Below are positions 18,309 to 25,685 of a stretch of DNA of 25,685 bases, in pieces. The notes below the pieces were generated by a model, which was not told the DNA's origin, ran no database searches, and worked only from the letters and a program-made list of their open reading frames with translations. The number at the start of each line of letters is the position of its first letter. Position 1 is the first letter of the stretch. A program made the translations under genes and the position numbers. The stretch is from a bacterium (GTDB taxonomy: Bacteria > Patescibacteriota > Minisyncoccia > Phycocordibacterales > JAKEFN01), in NCBI GenBank assembly GCA_022616085.1, contig JAKEFN010000085.1, positions 1-25,685 on the forward strand, in the 5' to 3' direction.

Positions 18309-19793
18309 CTACAGCTCCGCCACGGCGGCGCGGAATGCCGCGAGAGATTCGGGATCGGAATCTATGCGCCAATTGCGTTCCTTGTCTTGATGAAACCAAT
18401 TCCAACCTTCTATAAGGGGGTATTTGGGAATTTGGTTTACAAGCGCATCGGTTATCCATGCGGCCTTCCCTGTCCCTTCCGCGGAGGCGAAGGAGAAGAT
18501 ATAGATGGGCTTGCCATACCCGCTTATGAGATCAAGCGGTTCCGCAAAAAGCTCTGCAAATGGCCGCCACGAATTTCCAAAATTAAACCCGTCAAGTCCC
18601 ACAATGTCGACATATCCATCCCCGGGATAATACGCCTCGATACGGTTCTCGTAGGTGTCCGGCACCGATTCATGGTTCGGCGCCCAGCCAAATCGAACGT
18701 TCGGGAGGTCTCCGAACACATTTCGCACATGCCGATAGCCCCGGACTGCTTTGGAAGGAGTATTGCCGTTTTTTACCCCCGACCACGCAACTCCGTTATA
18801 ATTCATCTCGGAAAACGGCACCAGGATAATCGGGTCGCCATACGAGCGCGCCGCATCGGCGAAGCTCTTTATATAGCCGTCCCAATCGCCCCGAAGAATC
18901 GCGTCGTAAGAGTATGCGGGCTGTTCCGGCGAAGAAATCGTGTAATCGGACGCCTCCCAGAAAATAAGAAGCGTTCTCCCTGCATCTTTCGCCACGGAGT
19001 TGAGGTGCGAAGGAAAAACACCCCCGTCATTCCCCCAATGGACGAATATCGCAACATGGTCGGGATTCGCCCCTGAAAGATCCGCAAATGCCTGCGCGCT
19101 TGCGGCGCTCCAGCCGCCGTATGCCCCCCATTTGATATCGCGCGGAAGAGAAGACTCCGAAAGCTCTACTTTGGCCGGCTCTACCTCGGTAGCCGCTTCA
19201 GGCGCCGCGCTCTCTTCTTCCGTGAGAGACGATTCAGACGAACGCTCTATGGTTTCGTCTTGAAAAATAATAGGATCGGGATCGATCGAATCCGTTTCTG
19301 GATAAACAGGCGCAGTTTGTTCGGGAGACGGGCTAAAATCCGCCTCGCCGCCGCCTTCTTCTGTGCCGTTTATATCATCTCTCATTGAAATAAATGATGG
19401 TTCTTCATAAAGACTCGGGGGATTATAGAGATCTTCTATGCTGTCGGCAAGAGGAGCGTCAGTTACTTCTTCGGAGTCATCTTGAGCCTTTATTCCATGG
19501 CGTTCCATCCGTTCTGCCATCCGTTCTTCACGCTCTTTCATTTTTTCTTCTCTTTTCGTTTCTATATCCGCAAGACGATCCGAAAAAGCCGCGTGCGCCA
19601 CCTTTTTGAATTCGCGGATCGAATCAAAAAGGGAAAGTGAAAAGCCGTATGAAAGACGGAGCGCCACCGCGCTCTCCGGACCGGAACGCGCGTATTCGTC
19701 TTGAATAAAAACAACAAACGGCGAAAGAAGAAGAACCGCGAGAAGCGCGCAACCGATAGATTTCCAAAATGCCTTTAAAACCTTTTTTTTCAT
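18309..19793 (-). CDS. Membrane-anchored glycoside hydrolase family 26 (mannanase-like) domain protein with a long acidic Ser/Glu/Asp/Pro-rich linker
   Basis: C-terminal domain has GH26-like motifs: FSEMNYNG (compare RP.HEMNG), YYPGDGYVDIVGLDGFN (compare YPGDEYVDxVGxDxY), and FVHWGNDGG. N-terminal TM helix (ALLAVLLLSPFVVF), then Lys/Glu-rich and acidic low-complexity segments. The start is taken as the ATG at 19793 (MKKKVLKAF...). Confidence 0.6.
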   Translation of the reverse strand: MKKKVLKAFWKSIGCALLAVLLLSPFVVFIQDEYARSGPESAVALRLSYGFSLSLFDSIREFKKVAHAAFSDRLADIETKREEKMKEREERMAERMERHGIKAQDDSEEVTDAPLADSIEDLYNPPSLYEEPSFISMRDDINGTEEGGGEADFSPSPEQTAPVYPETDSIDPDPIIFQDETIERSSESSLTEEESAAPEAATEVEPAKVELSESSLPRDIKWGAYGGWSAASAQAFADLSGANPDHVAIFVHWGNDGGVFPSHLNSVAKDAGRTLLIFWEASDYTISSPEQPAYSYDAILRGDWDGYIKSFADAARSYGDPIILVPFSEMNYNGVAWSGVKNGNTPSKAVRGYRHVRNVFGDLPNVRFGWAPNHESVPDTYENRIEAYYPGDGYVDIVGLDGFNFGNSWRPFAELFAEPLDLISGYGKPIYIFSFASAEGTGKAAWITDALVNQIPKYPLIEGWNWFHQDKERNWRIDSDPESLAAFRAAVAEL

Positions 19794-19975
19794 ATGATCG
19801 AATGTTAGTTGATAATATATTCTATATGCCAATTGCCGCCTTGGGAACTCGACAGAGTGCCAGGTCTACGACATAGTTTTTGACTCATAGAGCATGCCCG
19901 AAAACCTTATATATCTTGAGACGGACGAAAGAAGAATTGCCGACACTTTTGGAACATATTTTTCCATAAAACGCA

Positions 19976-20002
19976 AAAACCGCCTTACGGCGGCGGTTTT
20001 TG
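19976..20002 (-). terminator. Intrinsic terminator for hsp20 (AACCGCC-loop-GGCGGTT flanked by A-run and T-run)
   Basis: Hairpin at about 19978-19998 with AAAAA upstream and TTTTT downstream on the plus strand, about 20 nt past the hsp20 stop at 20021. Confidence 0.65.
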
Positions 20003-20020
20003 TCTTCAGGAAAAAAAAGA

Positions 20021-20443
20021 TTATTCTTTCTCCTCAATCTTGATTTTGTTTCCTTTTGTCTGGCTTGCTTTTGGCATGCGGACGGTAAGCACCCCTTTCT
20101 GGTATTCGGCTTTTATTTTCCCCTCCATGACCGGATGCGGCAAGCGCACAACGCGCTCGAAACTTCCGCGCCGTATCTCTTTGCTGTAATATTGCTTCTT
20201 TTTTTCTTCTTTTTCTTCGGAGCGCGAACCGGCGATGCGAAGATGCGCATCTTCAACGGTAACGTCTACGTTTTTGGGATCAATGCCTGGTAAATTCATT
20301 TTTGCAACAACGTCATTGCCGTCTTCATAGACGTCAATCGCGAGATCCCAGCCCATTTTGGGCATCTGCGGGAATCCCACCGAACCAAAGTCTTCAAAGA
20401 AACGGTCAAAATCGGGAAACGGCTCCCATTTTATTATAGCCAT
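20021..20443 (-). CDS. Hsp20/alpha-crystallin family small heat-shock protein
   Basis: Alpha-crystallin domain (AIDVYEDGNDVVAKMNLPGIDPKNVDVTVEDAHLRIAG...GVLTVRMPK), 140 aa. Confidence 0.88.
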   Translation of the reverse strand: MAIIKWEPFPDFDRFFEDFGSVGFPQMPKMGWDLAIDVYEDGNDVVAKMNLPGIDPKNVDVTVEDAHLRIAGSRSEEKEEKKKQYYSKEIRRGSFERVVRLPHPVMEGKIKAEYQKGVLTVRMPKASQTKGNKIKIEEKE

Positions 20444-20485
20444 AATTTTTGGATAAAATTAAAACTTATAATACGACCGATGTAT

Positions 20486-20498
20486 TGCTATCATAGCA
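20486..20498. promoter_or_regulatory. 13-bp palindrome TGCTATCATAGCA overlapping the -35 region of the putative hsp20 promoter; candidate operator
   Basis: Perfect 6-bp arms around a central base. About 20 nt upstream (in minus-strand sense) of a TATTAT -10 element near 20466-20472. Confidence 0.3.
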
Positions 20499-20548
20499 TG
20501 AAACAAAAAATTACGAAGGAGAGAGCCGTTCGCGAATCTTATCTACCA

Positions 20549-20570
20549 CTCCGCCATAACTCCGCCATAA
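20549..20570. repeat. Tandem direct repeat 2 x CTCCGCCATAA in the hsp20/malate-synthase divergent intergenic region
   Basis: Exact 11-bp units at 20549-20559 and 20560-20570. Confidence 0.7.
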
Positions 20571-20677
20571 CAAGAGCGCGCTTCCCTTCATACGTTAATA
20601 TTATATAAAATATATATTGCGCTGAACAGAAGCGTGTGGTAAAAAATATGAGGATAGAGAGGAAGGAGGAACGTATC

Positions 20678-22279
20678 TTGATAACAGTTTCATACAAATC
20701 GCTTGAGATTCGCGGTATTCCACTGGAGTATGGATATCTTTTCCGCGATAGATTCCTTGAGTTTTTCCACGGGTTGTGCGAACGATTCTTTGTGGAGAGA
20801 TTGAATCTTCTCAATCTGCGGCAAAAAAGACAAAAAGAGATTGACGCTGGCGCCACGCCGCGATTTTGTCCCGAGACAAAAACAATCCGAGAAAGCGGCT
20901 GGATAGTAGAACCGATTCCAAATGACCTGCTGGATCGGCGTGTTGAAATTACCGGGCCGCCCGATCGTAAAATGATTATCAATGCCTTAAACAGCGGAGC
21001 GAATTGCTTCATGGCTGATTTTGAAGATTCGATGTCGCCGACATGGAATAACGTCCTTTCGGGGCACGATAATCTCTATGATGCCGTGCGGCGAAATATC
21101 GATTTCACGTCGCCTGAAGGCAAGCGCTACACATTAAATGAAAAGACGGCCGTCCTCATCTGCCGTCCGCGAGGCCTTCATCTTGAAGAAAGTCATTCGA
21201 CGTTTGGAGGGGAGCCCGTTCCCGCCGCGTTCTTTGATTTCGCGCTTTATTTTTATCATAATGCGGCATCGCTTTTGCGTAGCGGCACCAGCCCTTACTT
21301 TTATCTTCCGAAGCTCCAGAGCCATGAGGAAGCTCGCCTCTGGGCCGCCATCTTTAGCTATGCGGAGGATTATTTTTATCTCCCGCGCGGCATGATAAAA
21401 GCAACCGTGCTCATTGAGACAATCCATGCGGCGTTTGAGATGCATGAGATTCTCTGGGAGCTCCGCTATCATGCCGCGGGACTTAATTGCGGGCGGTGGG
21501 ACTATATTTTCAGTTTTATCAAAACCTTCCGGAATCGCGGCCCCGCGTTTGTCCTTCCTGATCGCGGCGAGATAACGATGGACAAAGGATTTCTCCGCGC
21601 TTATTCGGAACTTCTGATACAAACCTGCCATCGGCGCGGCGCATTGGCGCTCGGAGGCATGGCGGCGCAGATCCCGATAAAAAACGACCCCAAAGCGAAC
21701 GAGGAAGCTCTTGCGAAAGTCCGCGCAGACAAAGAACGCGAAGCACGGGCGGGACATGACGGCACATGGGTTGCGCATCCAGGGCTTGTTACTCTTGCGC
21801 GGGAAGTTTTTGACGAGTATATGCATGGCCCGAATCAACTCCATATTTTCCGCGGAGATATTGCGGTTACGGAAAAAGATCTTCTCGCTGTGCCGAAAGG
21901 TTTGGAAACCATAGAGGGTCTTCGCAAAAATATCGCGGTTTCGCTTCGCTATCTTACCGCATGGCTTCAAGGAAACGGATGCGTTCCGGTTTCCAATTTG
22001 ATGGAAGATGCGGCAACGGTTGAGATAAGCCGCGCGCAGATTTGGCAGTGGATCAGAAATCATGCAATCCTTCAAAATGAACGCGGGGATAAAATTCCGC
22101 TTACAAAAAAAATGTTCCTGCATATACTCCGAGATATATATAGCAAACTATTCTTGGAGAATAAGTCGCAGAGCTATCGGAACGCCCTCGAAACCGCAAA
22201 GACCTTGTTTGAAAGCATGTGCACGAGCAAAGAATTCGACGAATTCTTCACCCTCCGCGCTTACAGATACCTTGACTAG
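20678..22279 (+). CDS. aceB: Malate synthase A
   Basis: Family-A malate synthase signatures (RVEITGPPDRKMIINALNSGANCFMADFEDS..., about 533 aa). The TTG at 20678 is preceded by AGGAAGGAGG with an 8-nt spacer and gives an N-terminal length matching characterised AceB. In-frame alternatives are GTG 20636 and ATG 20648. Confidence 0.85.
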   Translation: MITVSYKSLEIRGIPLEYGYLFRDRFLEFFHGLCERFFVERLNLLNLRQKRQKEIDAGATPRFCPETKTIRESGWIVEPIPNDLLDRRVEITGPPDRKMIINALNSGANCFMADFEDSMSPTWNNVLSGHDNLYDAVRRNIDFTSPEGKRYTLNEKTAVLICRPRGLHLEESHSTFGGEPVPAAFFDFALYFYHNAASLLRSGTSPYFYLPKLQSHEEARLWAAIFSYAEDYFYLPRGMIKATVLIETIHAAFEMHEILWELRYHAAGLNCGRWDYIFSFIKTFRNRGPAFVLPDRGEITMDKGFLRAYSELLIQTCHRRGALALGGMAAQIPIKNDPKANEEALAKVRADKEREARAGHDGTWVAHPGLVTLAREVFDEYMHGPNQLHIFRGDIAVTEKDLLAVPKGLETIEGLRKNIAVSLRYLTAWLQGNGCVPVSNLMEDAATVEISRAQIWQWIRNHAILQNERGDKIPLTKKMFLHILRDIYSKLFLENKSQSYRNALETAKTLFESMCTSKEFDEFFTLRAYRYLD

Positions 22280-22388
22280 TCTTCGGACATCCGATGTCCG
22301 AAGATCACTTATCCGCCTCTTCGGCGGATTTTTGTTGACAAATAGTCTTCGGACATCCGATAGTCTTCGGACATCCGATGTCCGAAGG
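22277..22388. repeat. Second locus of the 18-bp repeat family. One unit, TAGTCTTCGGACATCCGA, overlaps the aceB stop and completes the 25-bp palindrome TCTTCGGACATCCGATGTCCGAAGA (22280-22304). After the terminator hairpin come two perfect tandem units (22343-22360, 22361-22378) and an inverted half-unit
   Basis: Read directly. The core GGACATCCGATGTCC is identical to the core at 7922-7946. A TTGTTGACAAAT 12-mer follows each sub-array (22332-22343 and 22389-22400). Confidence 0.85.
22311..22333 (+). terminator. Rho-independent terminator for aceB (ATCCGCC-TCTTC-GGCGGAT + TTTTT)
   Basis: 7-bp stem, 5-nt loop, T-run at 22329-22333. The identical 20-mer, ATCCGCCTCTTCGGCGGATT, recurs at 24307-24326. 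Confidence 0.7.
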
Positions 22389-22391
22389 TTG

Positions 22392-22420
22392 TTGACAAAT
22401 TCTTATCAACCATTTACAAT
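22392..22420 (+). promoter_or_regulatory. Consensus-like sigma70 promoter TTGACA-17-TACAAT for the 22455 gene
   Basis: TTGACA at 22392-22397, 17-nt spacer, TACAAT at 22415-22420. AGGAGG SD at 22445-22450, 4 nt before the ATG. The -10 hexamer TACAAT is identical to that of the tRNA-Leu promoter. Confidence 0.7.
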
Positions 22421-22454
22421 AAAGGTCTTCGTTCACTGAAAAAAGGAGGCCAAA

Positions 22455-22850
22455 ATGCCTCGTAGAAGTTTCGAGGAAATCATTACCGAGGCGGAGCGGA
22501 CAAAGACGCCGCCTCGGAGCAGTTTCCGAGGAGTCTTCAAAGATTGGAAGGCGCTGATGGAGGCAGGATGGAAGCCGTATTTTTTCTTAACCTCAATGGT
22601 GCGATTAAAAATGCATGTGGGGGGGTGGAGATATTATTGCCCTGAAACCGCTTCGTGCCGGCACAAAAAAAGAAAATGCGTTTCCGACTCAGATTTTTAT
22701 CTCGCCGGAAAAATTCTTGGGCACTCAAATTTAAAATCACAACTCATCGCTAATGCTGCCGACGGAGGAACCGATAAGAGTTATCCTTTCGTCTGCGCTT
22801 GGCTCCGGAAGCAGATGCTCCACATCTTCGGCCTCACAGAACGAGTCTAG
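22455..22850 (+). CDS. Hypothetical protein (131 aa, Trp/Cys-containing, basic), expression signals among the strongest in the window
   Basis: Consensus promoter, perfect SD and an intrinsic terminator. No recognisable family motif. Confidence 0.55.
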   Translation: MPRRSFEEIITEAERTKTPPRSSFRGVFKDWKALMEAGWKPYFFLTSMVRLKMHVGGWRYYCPETASCRHKKRKCVSDSDFYLAGKILGHSNLKSQLIANAADGGTDKSYPFVCAWLRKQMLHIFGLTERV

Positions 22851-22868
22851 CCATCAGTCAGATCACCG

Positions 22869-22896
22869 CAGCGCGATTAATCCCGCGCTGTTTTTT
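22869..22896 (+). terminator. Rho-independent terminator for the 22455 gene (CAGCGCG-ATTAATCC-CGCGCTG + TTTTTT). It lies inside the 3' end of the convergent dehydrogenase gene
   Basis: 7-bp stem, 8-nt loop, T6. Overlaps the last codons of the minus-strand 22877..24268 ORF. Confidence 0.65.
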
Positions 22897-24268
22897 GTTT
22901 TTGAAGAATAACCGGCGAACCGACCGCGATAACAAAAAAACTTTTATCCCGGAGATCTTCGTAGCGGTGCGCGAGCATCCTTCGGCCGTCCATAATGAGC
23001 GCGCGCGGAGCGGCTTTCGCGATAATAACATCTCCGAGCTCGCGGAATTCCGGCCAGTCCGTTGCAATAACAACGCAATCGCTTCCCTTAATCGCCTCCG
23101 CCGCATTTTTTTTATAAATGAGCTTCTGTGTTTCTGGAAACGCTTTTTTGAATTCAGGCATGGCGGACGGGTCAAACAGCACTATCTCGCGCGCCTTTTT
23201 TTCCTGCAAAAACGGCACAATTTTTAACGACGGCGAATGGCGTATGTCATTGGTATCGCGCTTGAACGAAAGCCCGAGAAGCGCAACTCTCTTCCCTTTC
23301 CACGAGAATCCCGCTTCTTCAGCGCGTTCCAGAAAAGATTGGAGCTGGCGATTGTTCGCAGAAAGCGTCTCATCGAGAAGCGCCGCGGTATAACCTTTTT
23401 TCTTAAGCTGATAAGCGAGCGAGCGAGCGTCTTTGATAAAACAGCTCCCTCCCGCATAGATGCTGTCATAAAGACCCCATTCCCCGATACGGCGGTCGCT
23501 TGCGATTATTTTTCGAAGGTTCTCGAAACGGATGCCATCGAACGATTCGGCGGTGCGTCCGACCACATCGAAACACTCTGCGAGTTTATTGAATAAAAGA
23601 TAGTTTGAAAGAAGCTTCCCCGCCTCGGCTTCCTCGGGGCTTGTCTCAATATATGCGACATCGGGCGCATCATAGAAGCGGCGGTATATATTCCGGAGAA
23701 TATCAAAATCTTTTTCGCTTTCCGCCCCCACGACGACGCGATCGGGCTTCAAGGTTCCGGAAACAGCTTTCCCTTCAACAAGAAACTCCGGATTCGACGC
23801 AACGCCGACATTTTTTATTCCCTTGCGATTGAGAAAAGAGGCGGTTTGCCTTGCGGTTCCGATCGGGACCGTGCTTTTGTTTATAATGACTATCCGTTTT
23901 CTTTTTTTTATGTTTTTGAGCGTTTCCGCGAGCTTCTCCAGCGCATCGAAATAGTAAGAGAGGTCCGCTTCGCCGGTTTCTTCCTTTGACGGCGTGGGGA
24001 GGCACATGAATACCGCTTCCGTATCGGAAAGCCATGCGGCGACATTCGCATAATCATCTGTAAACCTTATGCGGTCTTTATTTTTTGTAAGCAGATCCGA
24101 AAGCCCGTCCTCAAAGAGGGTGCTCTCGATTTTTTGAGAATCAAACGAGCCGAAATTTTCAATTTTGCGCTTGTCTATATCATAGACAAGCGTCTCATGC
24201 CCGCTTCCCGCCGCAACCGCCGCGCTCGCGGTTCCCACGAACCCTGCGCCAACATAAAGTATCTTCAT
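22877..24268 (-). CDS. Nucleotide-sugar dehydrogenase (UDP-glucose 6-dehydrogenase / GDP-mannose dehydrogenase family)
   Basis: N-terminal Rossmann GAGFVG, central NPEFLVEGKA motif, catalytic-Cys motif GGSCFIKD, C-terminal UDP-sugar-binding domain, 463 aa. Confidence 0.85.
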   Translation of the reverse strand: MKILYVGAGFVGTASAAVAAGSGHETLVYDIDKRKIENFGSFDSQKIESTLFEDGLSDLLTKNKDRIRFTDDYANVAAWLSDTEAVFMCLPTPSKEETGEADLSYYFDALEKLAETLKNIKKRKRIVIINKSTVPIGTARQTASFLNRKGIKNVGVASNPEFLVEGKAVSGTLKPDRVVVGAESEKDFDILRNIYRRFYDAPDVAYIETSPEEAEAGKLLSNYLLFNKLAECFDVVGRTAESFDGIRFENLRKIIASDRRIGEWGLYDSIYAGGSCFIKDARSLAYQLKKKGYTAALLDETLSANNRQLQSFLERAEEAGFSWKGKRVALLGLSFKRDTNDIRHSPSLKIVPFLQEKKAREIVLFDPSAMPEFKKAFPETQKLIYKKNAAEAIKGSDCVVIATDWPEFRELGDVIIAKAAPRALIMDGRRMLAHRYEDLRDKSFFVIAVGSPVILQKQKTARD

Positions 24269-24295
24269 TAGTATCTATAATGCATAAAAGAATGG

Positions 24296-24326
24296 AAAAG
24301 TGCAAAATCCGCCTCTTCGGCGGATT
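24296..24326 (-). terminator. Rho-independent terminator for ftsW/rodA, re-using the same 20-nt hairpin sequence seen at 22311
   Basis: Minus strand AATCCGCC-GAAGA-GGCGGATT followed by TTTTGCACTTTT. Confidence 0.6.
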
Positions 24327-24443
24327 CTTTCAATTAATCGTATTTATGGTATTCGATGAGTTCGTAGAACTCATTGCGCGTCATCATATCAGGAGTCAAC
24401 ATCCAAGTTGAATCATCCCGTATATGTCTAACATCTATAAAAG

Positions 24444-25571
24444 TTATGCCGCAATTATTTCATTTTGTTCTGTGTGGCGGCCGACCGCGCGCGCGTATCT
24501 CCTCATCCCCATTATGATGCCGAGTCCCGCATACTCGGTAAGAAGGTGGGATCCGCCGTAGCTCATAAAAGGAATGGTTGTGCCGGTTACGGGAAGAAGC
24601 CCTATATTCATGCCCACGTGCACGAAAAAATGGCTGATAAGAAATATGGCGAAACCGAGGCTGAAAAGCGTCTCAAAATTCGTGGCGCCGCGCATGGCAT
24701 TCTCCACGATACGCCAGATGATAATGCCGAACAGGGCAAAGACTGCGAGAACGCCCACGAAACCCCATTCCTCGGCGAATGCGGCAAAAATAAAATCGGT
24801 TTCATATTCGGGAAGAAAGGCGAGCCGCGACTGGGTGCCATATCCGATTCCCTTTCCTAGAATTTTCCCCGAACCGACAGCGACAACCGATTGGAGCGCA
24901 TTGTATCCGGCGCCATGTATATCGGTCAGCGGGTTTAAGAACGTAAGTATGCGTTCTTTTTGGTAATCTTCAAAGACAAAGAACCACAAAGATGCGAGGC
25001 TCACCACCCCAATAAGCGCCGTTGCCGCAAAATGCTTCCGCGAGATGCCGGATACCATGACAAGTCCGAGCCAAATGAAAAAAATAATCACCGCGGAACC
25101 GAAATCGGGCTGGAGGAAAACGAGCGTGAACGGAATAAATGCGTATGCCGCCGACACAAGAATATGGCGGATGTTGGCGATCTCTATATGCCGCCGCGCA
25201 AAATATTTCGCAAGCACTAATATCACGATAAGCTTCATGGGATCCGAAGGCTGGATGGAAAATATACCGACGTCAAACCAGCTCTGCGCTCCTTTAATAA
25301 CACTTCCCAGAATAAAAAGGAGGAGGAGGATTCCACATCCGGCCGCAAAAAGCGAGATGATCACCCGCGTGCTTCGCAAGAAACGAAAGTCGATGAAGCT
25401 CAAAACGAAAAAAAGCGCGATGGATATGCCCGCCCACACAAGCTGGCGATCGAAAAAATAGCCCGTGCCCGAAAATGAATCCATGGTAACGAGGCCTGCG
25501 CCGACAAGTGGAAGCGTTGCCGCGAAAAGTATCCAATCTATATGAAATTCTTTTTTTATGCCGTTCAACAT
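24444..25571 (-). CDS. SEDS-family peptidoglycan glycosyltransferase (FtsW/RodA)
   Basis: About 10 TM segments. Conserved SEDS motifs (GAQSWFDVG, PSDPMKL, DFIFAAFAEEWGFVG, LPVTGTTIPFMSYGGSHLL). 375 aa. Confidence 0.88.
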   Translation of the reverse strand: MLNGIKKEFHIDWILFAATLPLVGAGLVTMDSFSGTGYFFDRQLVWAGISIALFFVLSFIDFRFLRSTRVIISLFAAGCGILLLLFILGSVIKGAQSWFDVGIFSIQPSDPMKLIVILVLAKYFARRHIEIANIRHILVSAAYAFIPFTLVFLQPDFGSAVIIFFIWLGLVMVSGISRKHFAATALIGVVSLASLWFFVFEDYQKERILTFLNPLTDIHGAGYNALQSVVAVGSGKILGKGIGYGTQSRLAFLPEYETDFIFAAFAEEWGFVGVLAVFALFGIIIWRIVENAMRGATNFETLFSLGFAIFLISHFFVHVGMNIGLLPVTGTTIPFMSYGGSHLLTEYAGLGIIMGMRRYARAVGRHTEQNEIIAA

Positions 25572-25607
25572 ATAGACATCACACTAGAACCTATCTCAAA
25601 ATAAACC

Positions 25608-25678
25608 CATGATTTTATTGTTTTTTCGCCTCGCTTGATTTTTCAAATCAAGTCATAGCTCAAAACAATAAAATCATG
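25608..25678. repeat. Nested inverted repeat: perfect 17-bp arms CATGATTTTATTGTTTT / AAAACAATAAAATCATG enclosing an inner 8-bp hairpin CTTGATTT-TTTC-AAATCAAG
   Basis: Arms at 25608-25624 and 25662-25678, inner hairpin at 25633-25652. On the minus strand the structure is followed by GGTTTATTTTG. Sits upstream of the ftsW/rodA start at the window edge. Confidence 0.6.
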
Positions 25679-25685
25679 TTTGCTA

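Noticed and set aside
18161-18415. 84-aa plus-strand ORF in the grpE upstream region
   Set aside because: It contains the intrinsic terminator hairpin at 18253-18277 in its middle and overlaps the grpE promoter. It is more likely non-coding.
21134-22123. 329-aa antisense ORF inside malate synthase. Other long antisense ORFs of the same kind: 598..1287, 7213..7854, 9435..9938, 12508..13083, 15544..16032, 17670..18140, 18387..19076, 20539..21012
   Set aside because: Each lies fully inside a confidently identified gene on the other strand. They have no expression signals and odd, Arg/Ser/Cys-rich compositions typical of antisense frames.

Overview
This 25.7 kb window is a bacterial chromosomal segment of moderate GC and compact organisation. 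Genes sit on both strands with short intergenic regions, many of which carry near-consensus sigma70 promoters and rho-independent terminators. I support 22 protein-coding genes and one tRNA. Most of the content is core metabolism, stress and cell-envelope genes; I see no phage, transposase, CRISPR or integrase signatures.

Genes in order:
- flotillin/SPFH membrane scaffold (-)
- ANL-family acyl-CoA synthetase (-)
- glyoxalase-II/ETHE1-like metallo-beta-lactamase (MBL) fold hydrolase (+)
- small hypothetical protein (+)
- msrB (-)
- pstB-phoU plus a small secreted protein (+)
- standalone ComEC-C-terminal-like MBL protein (-)
- tRNA-Leu(CAG) (+)
- trpS (-)
- orphan dCache-HAMP sensor histidine kinase (-)
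- translationally coupled PaaK-like adenylating enzyme and aldehyde dehydrogenase (ALDH)-superfamily, LuxC-like reductase (+)
- grpE-dnaK-dnaJ operon (-)
- membrane-anchored GH26-like glycosidase with an acidic linker (-)
- hsp20 (-)
- malate synthase A (+)
- strongly expressed unknown 131-aa protein (+)
- UDP-glucose/GDP-mannose dehydrogenase family enzyme (-)
- FtsW/RodA SEDS protein (-)

The most unusual sequence-level features are:
- A family of 18-bp repeats built on a 25-bp palindrome (TCTTYGGACATCCGATGTCCRAAGA), present as tandem and inverted arrays at two intergenic loci. Each array lies immediately upstream of a TTGnCn-17-TACAAT promoter; one drives tRNA-Leu, the other the unknown 131-aa gene.
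- A 120-bp element bounded by perfect 17-bp terminal inverted repeats, lying between convergent genes.
- A nested inverted repeat at the right edge of the window.
- An identical 20-nt terminator hairpin used at two sites.
- The PaaK-like/ALDH-like pair, a candidate two-enzyme carboxylate-to-aldehyde module, next to an orphan sensor kinase.
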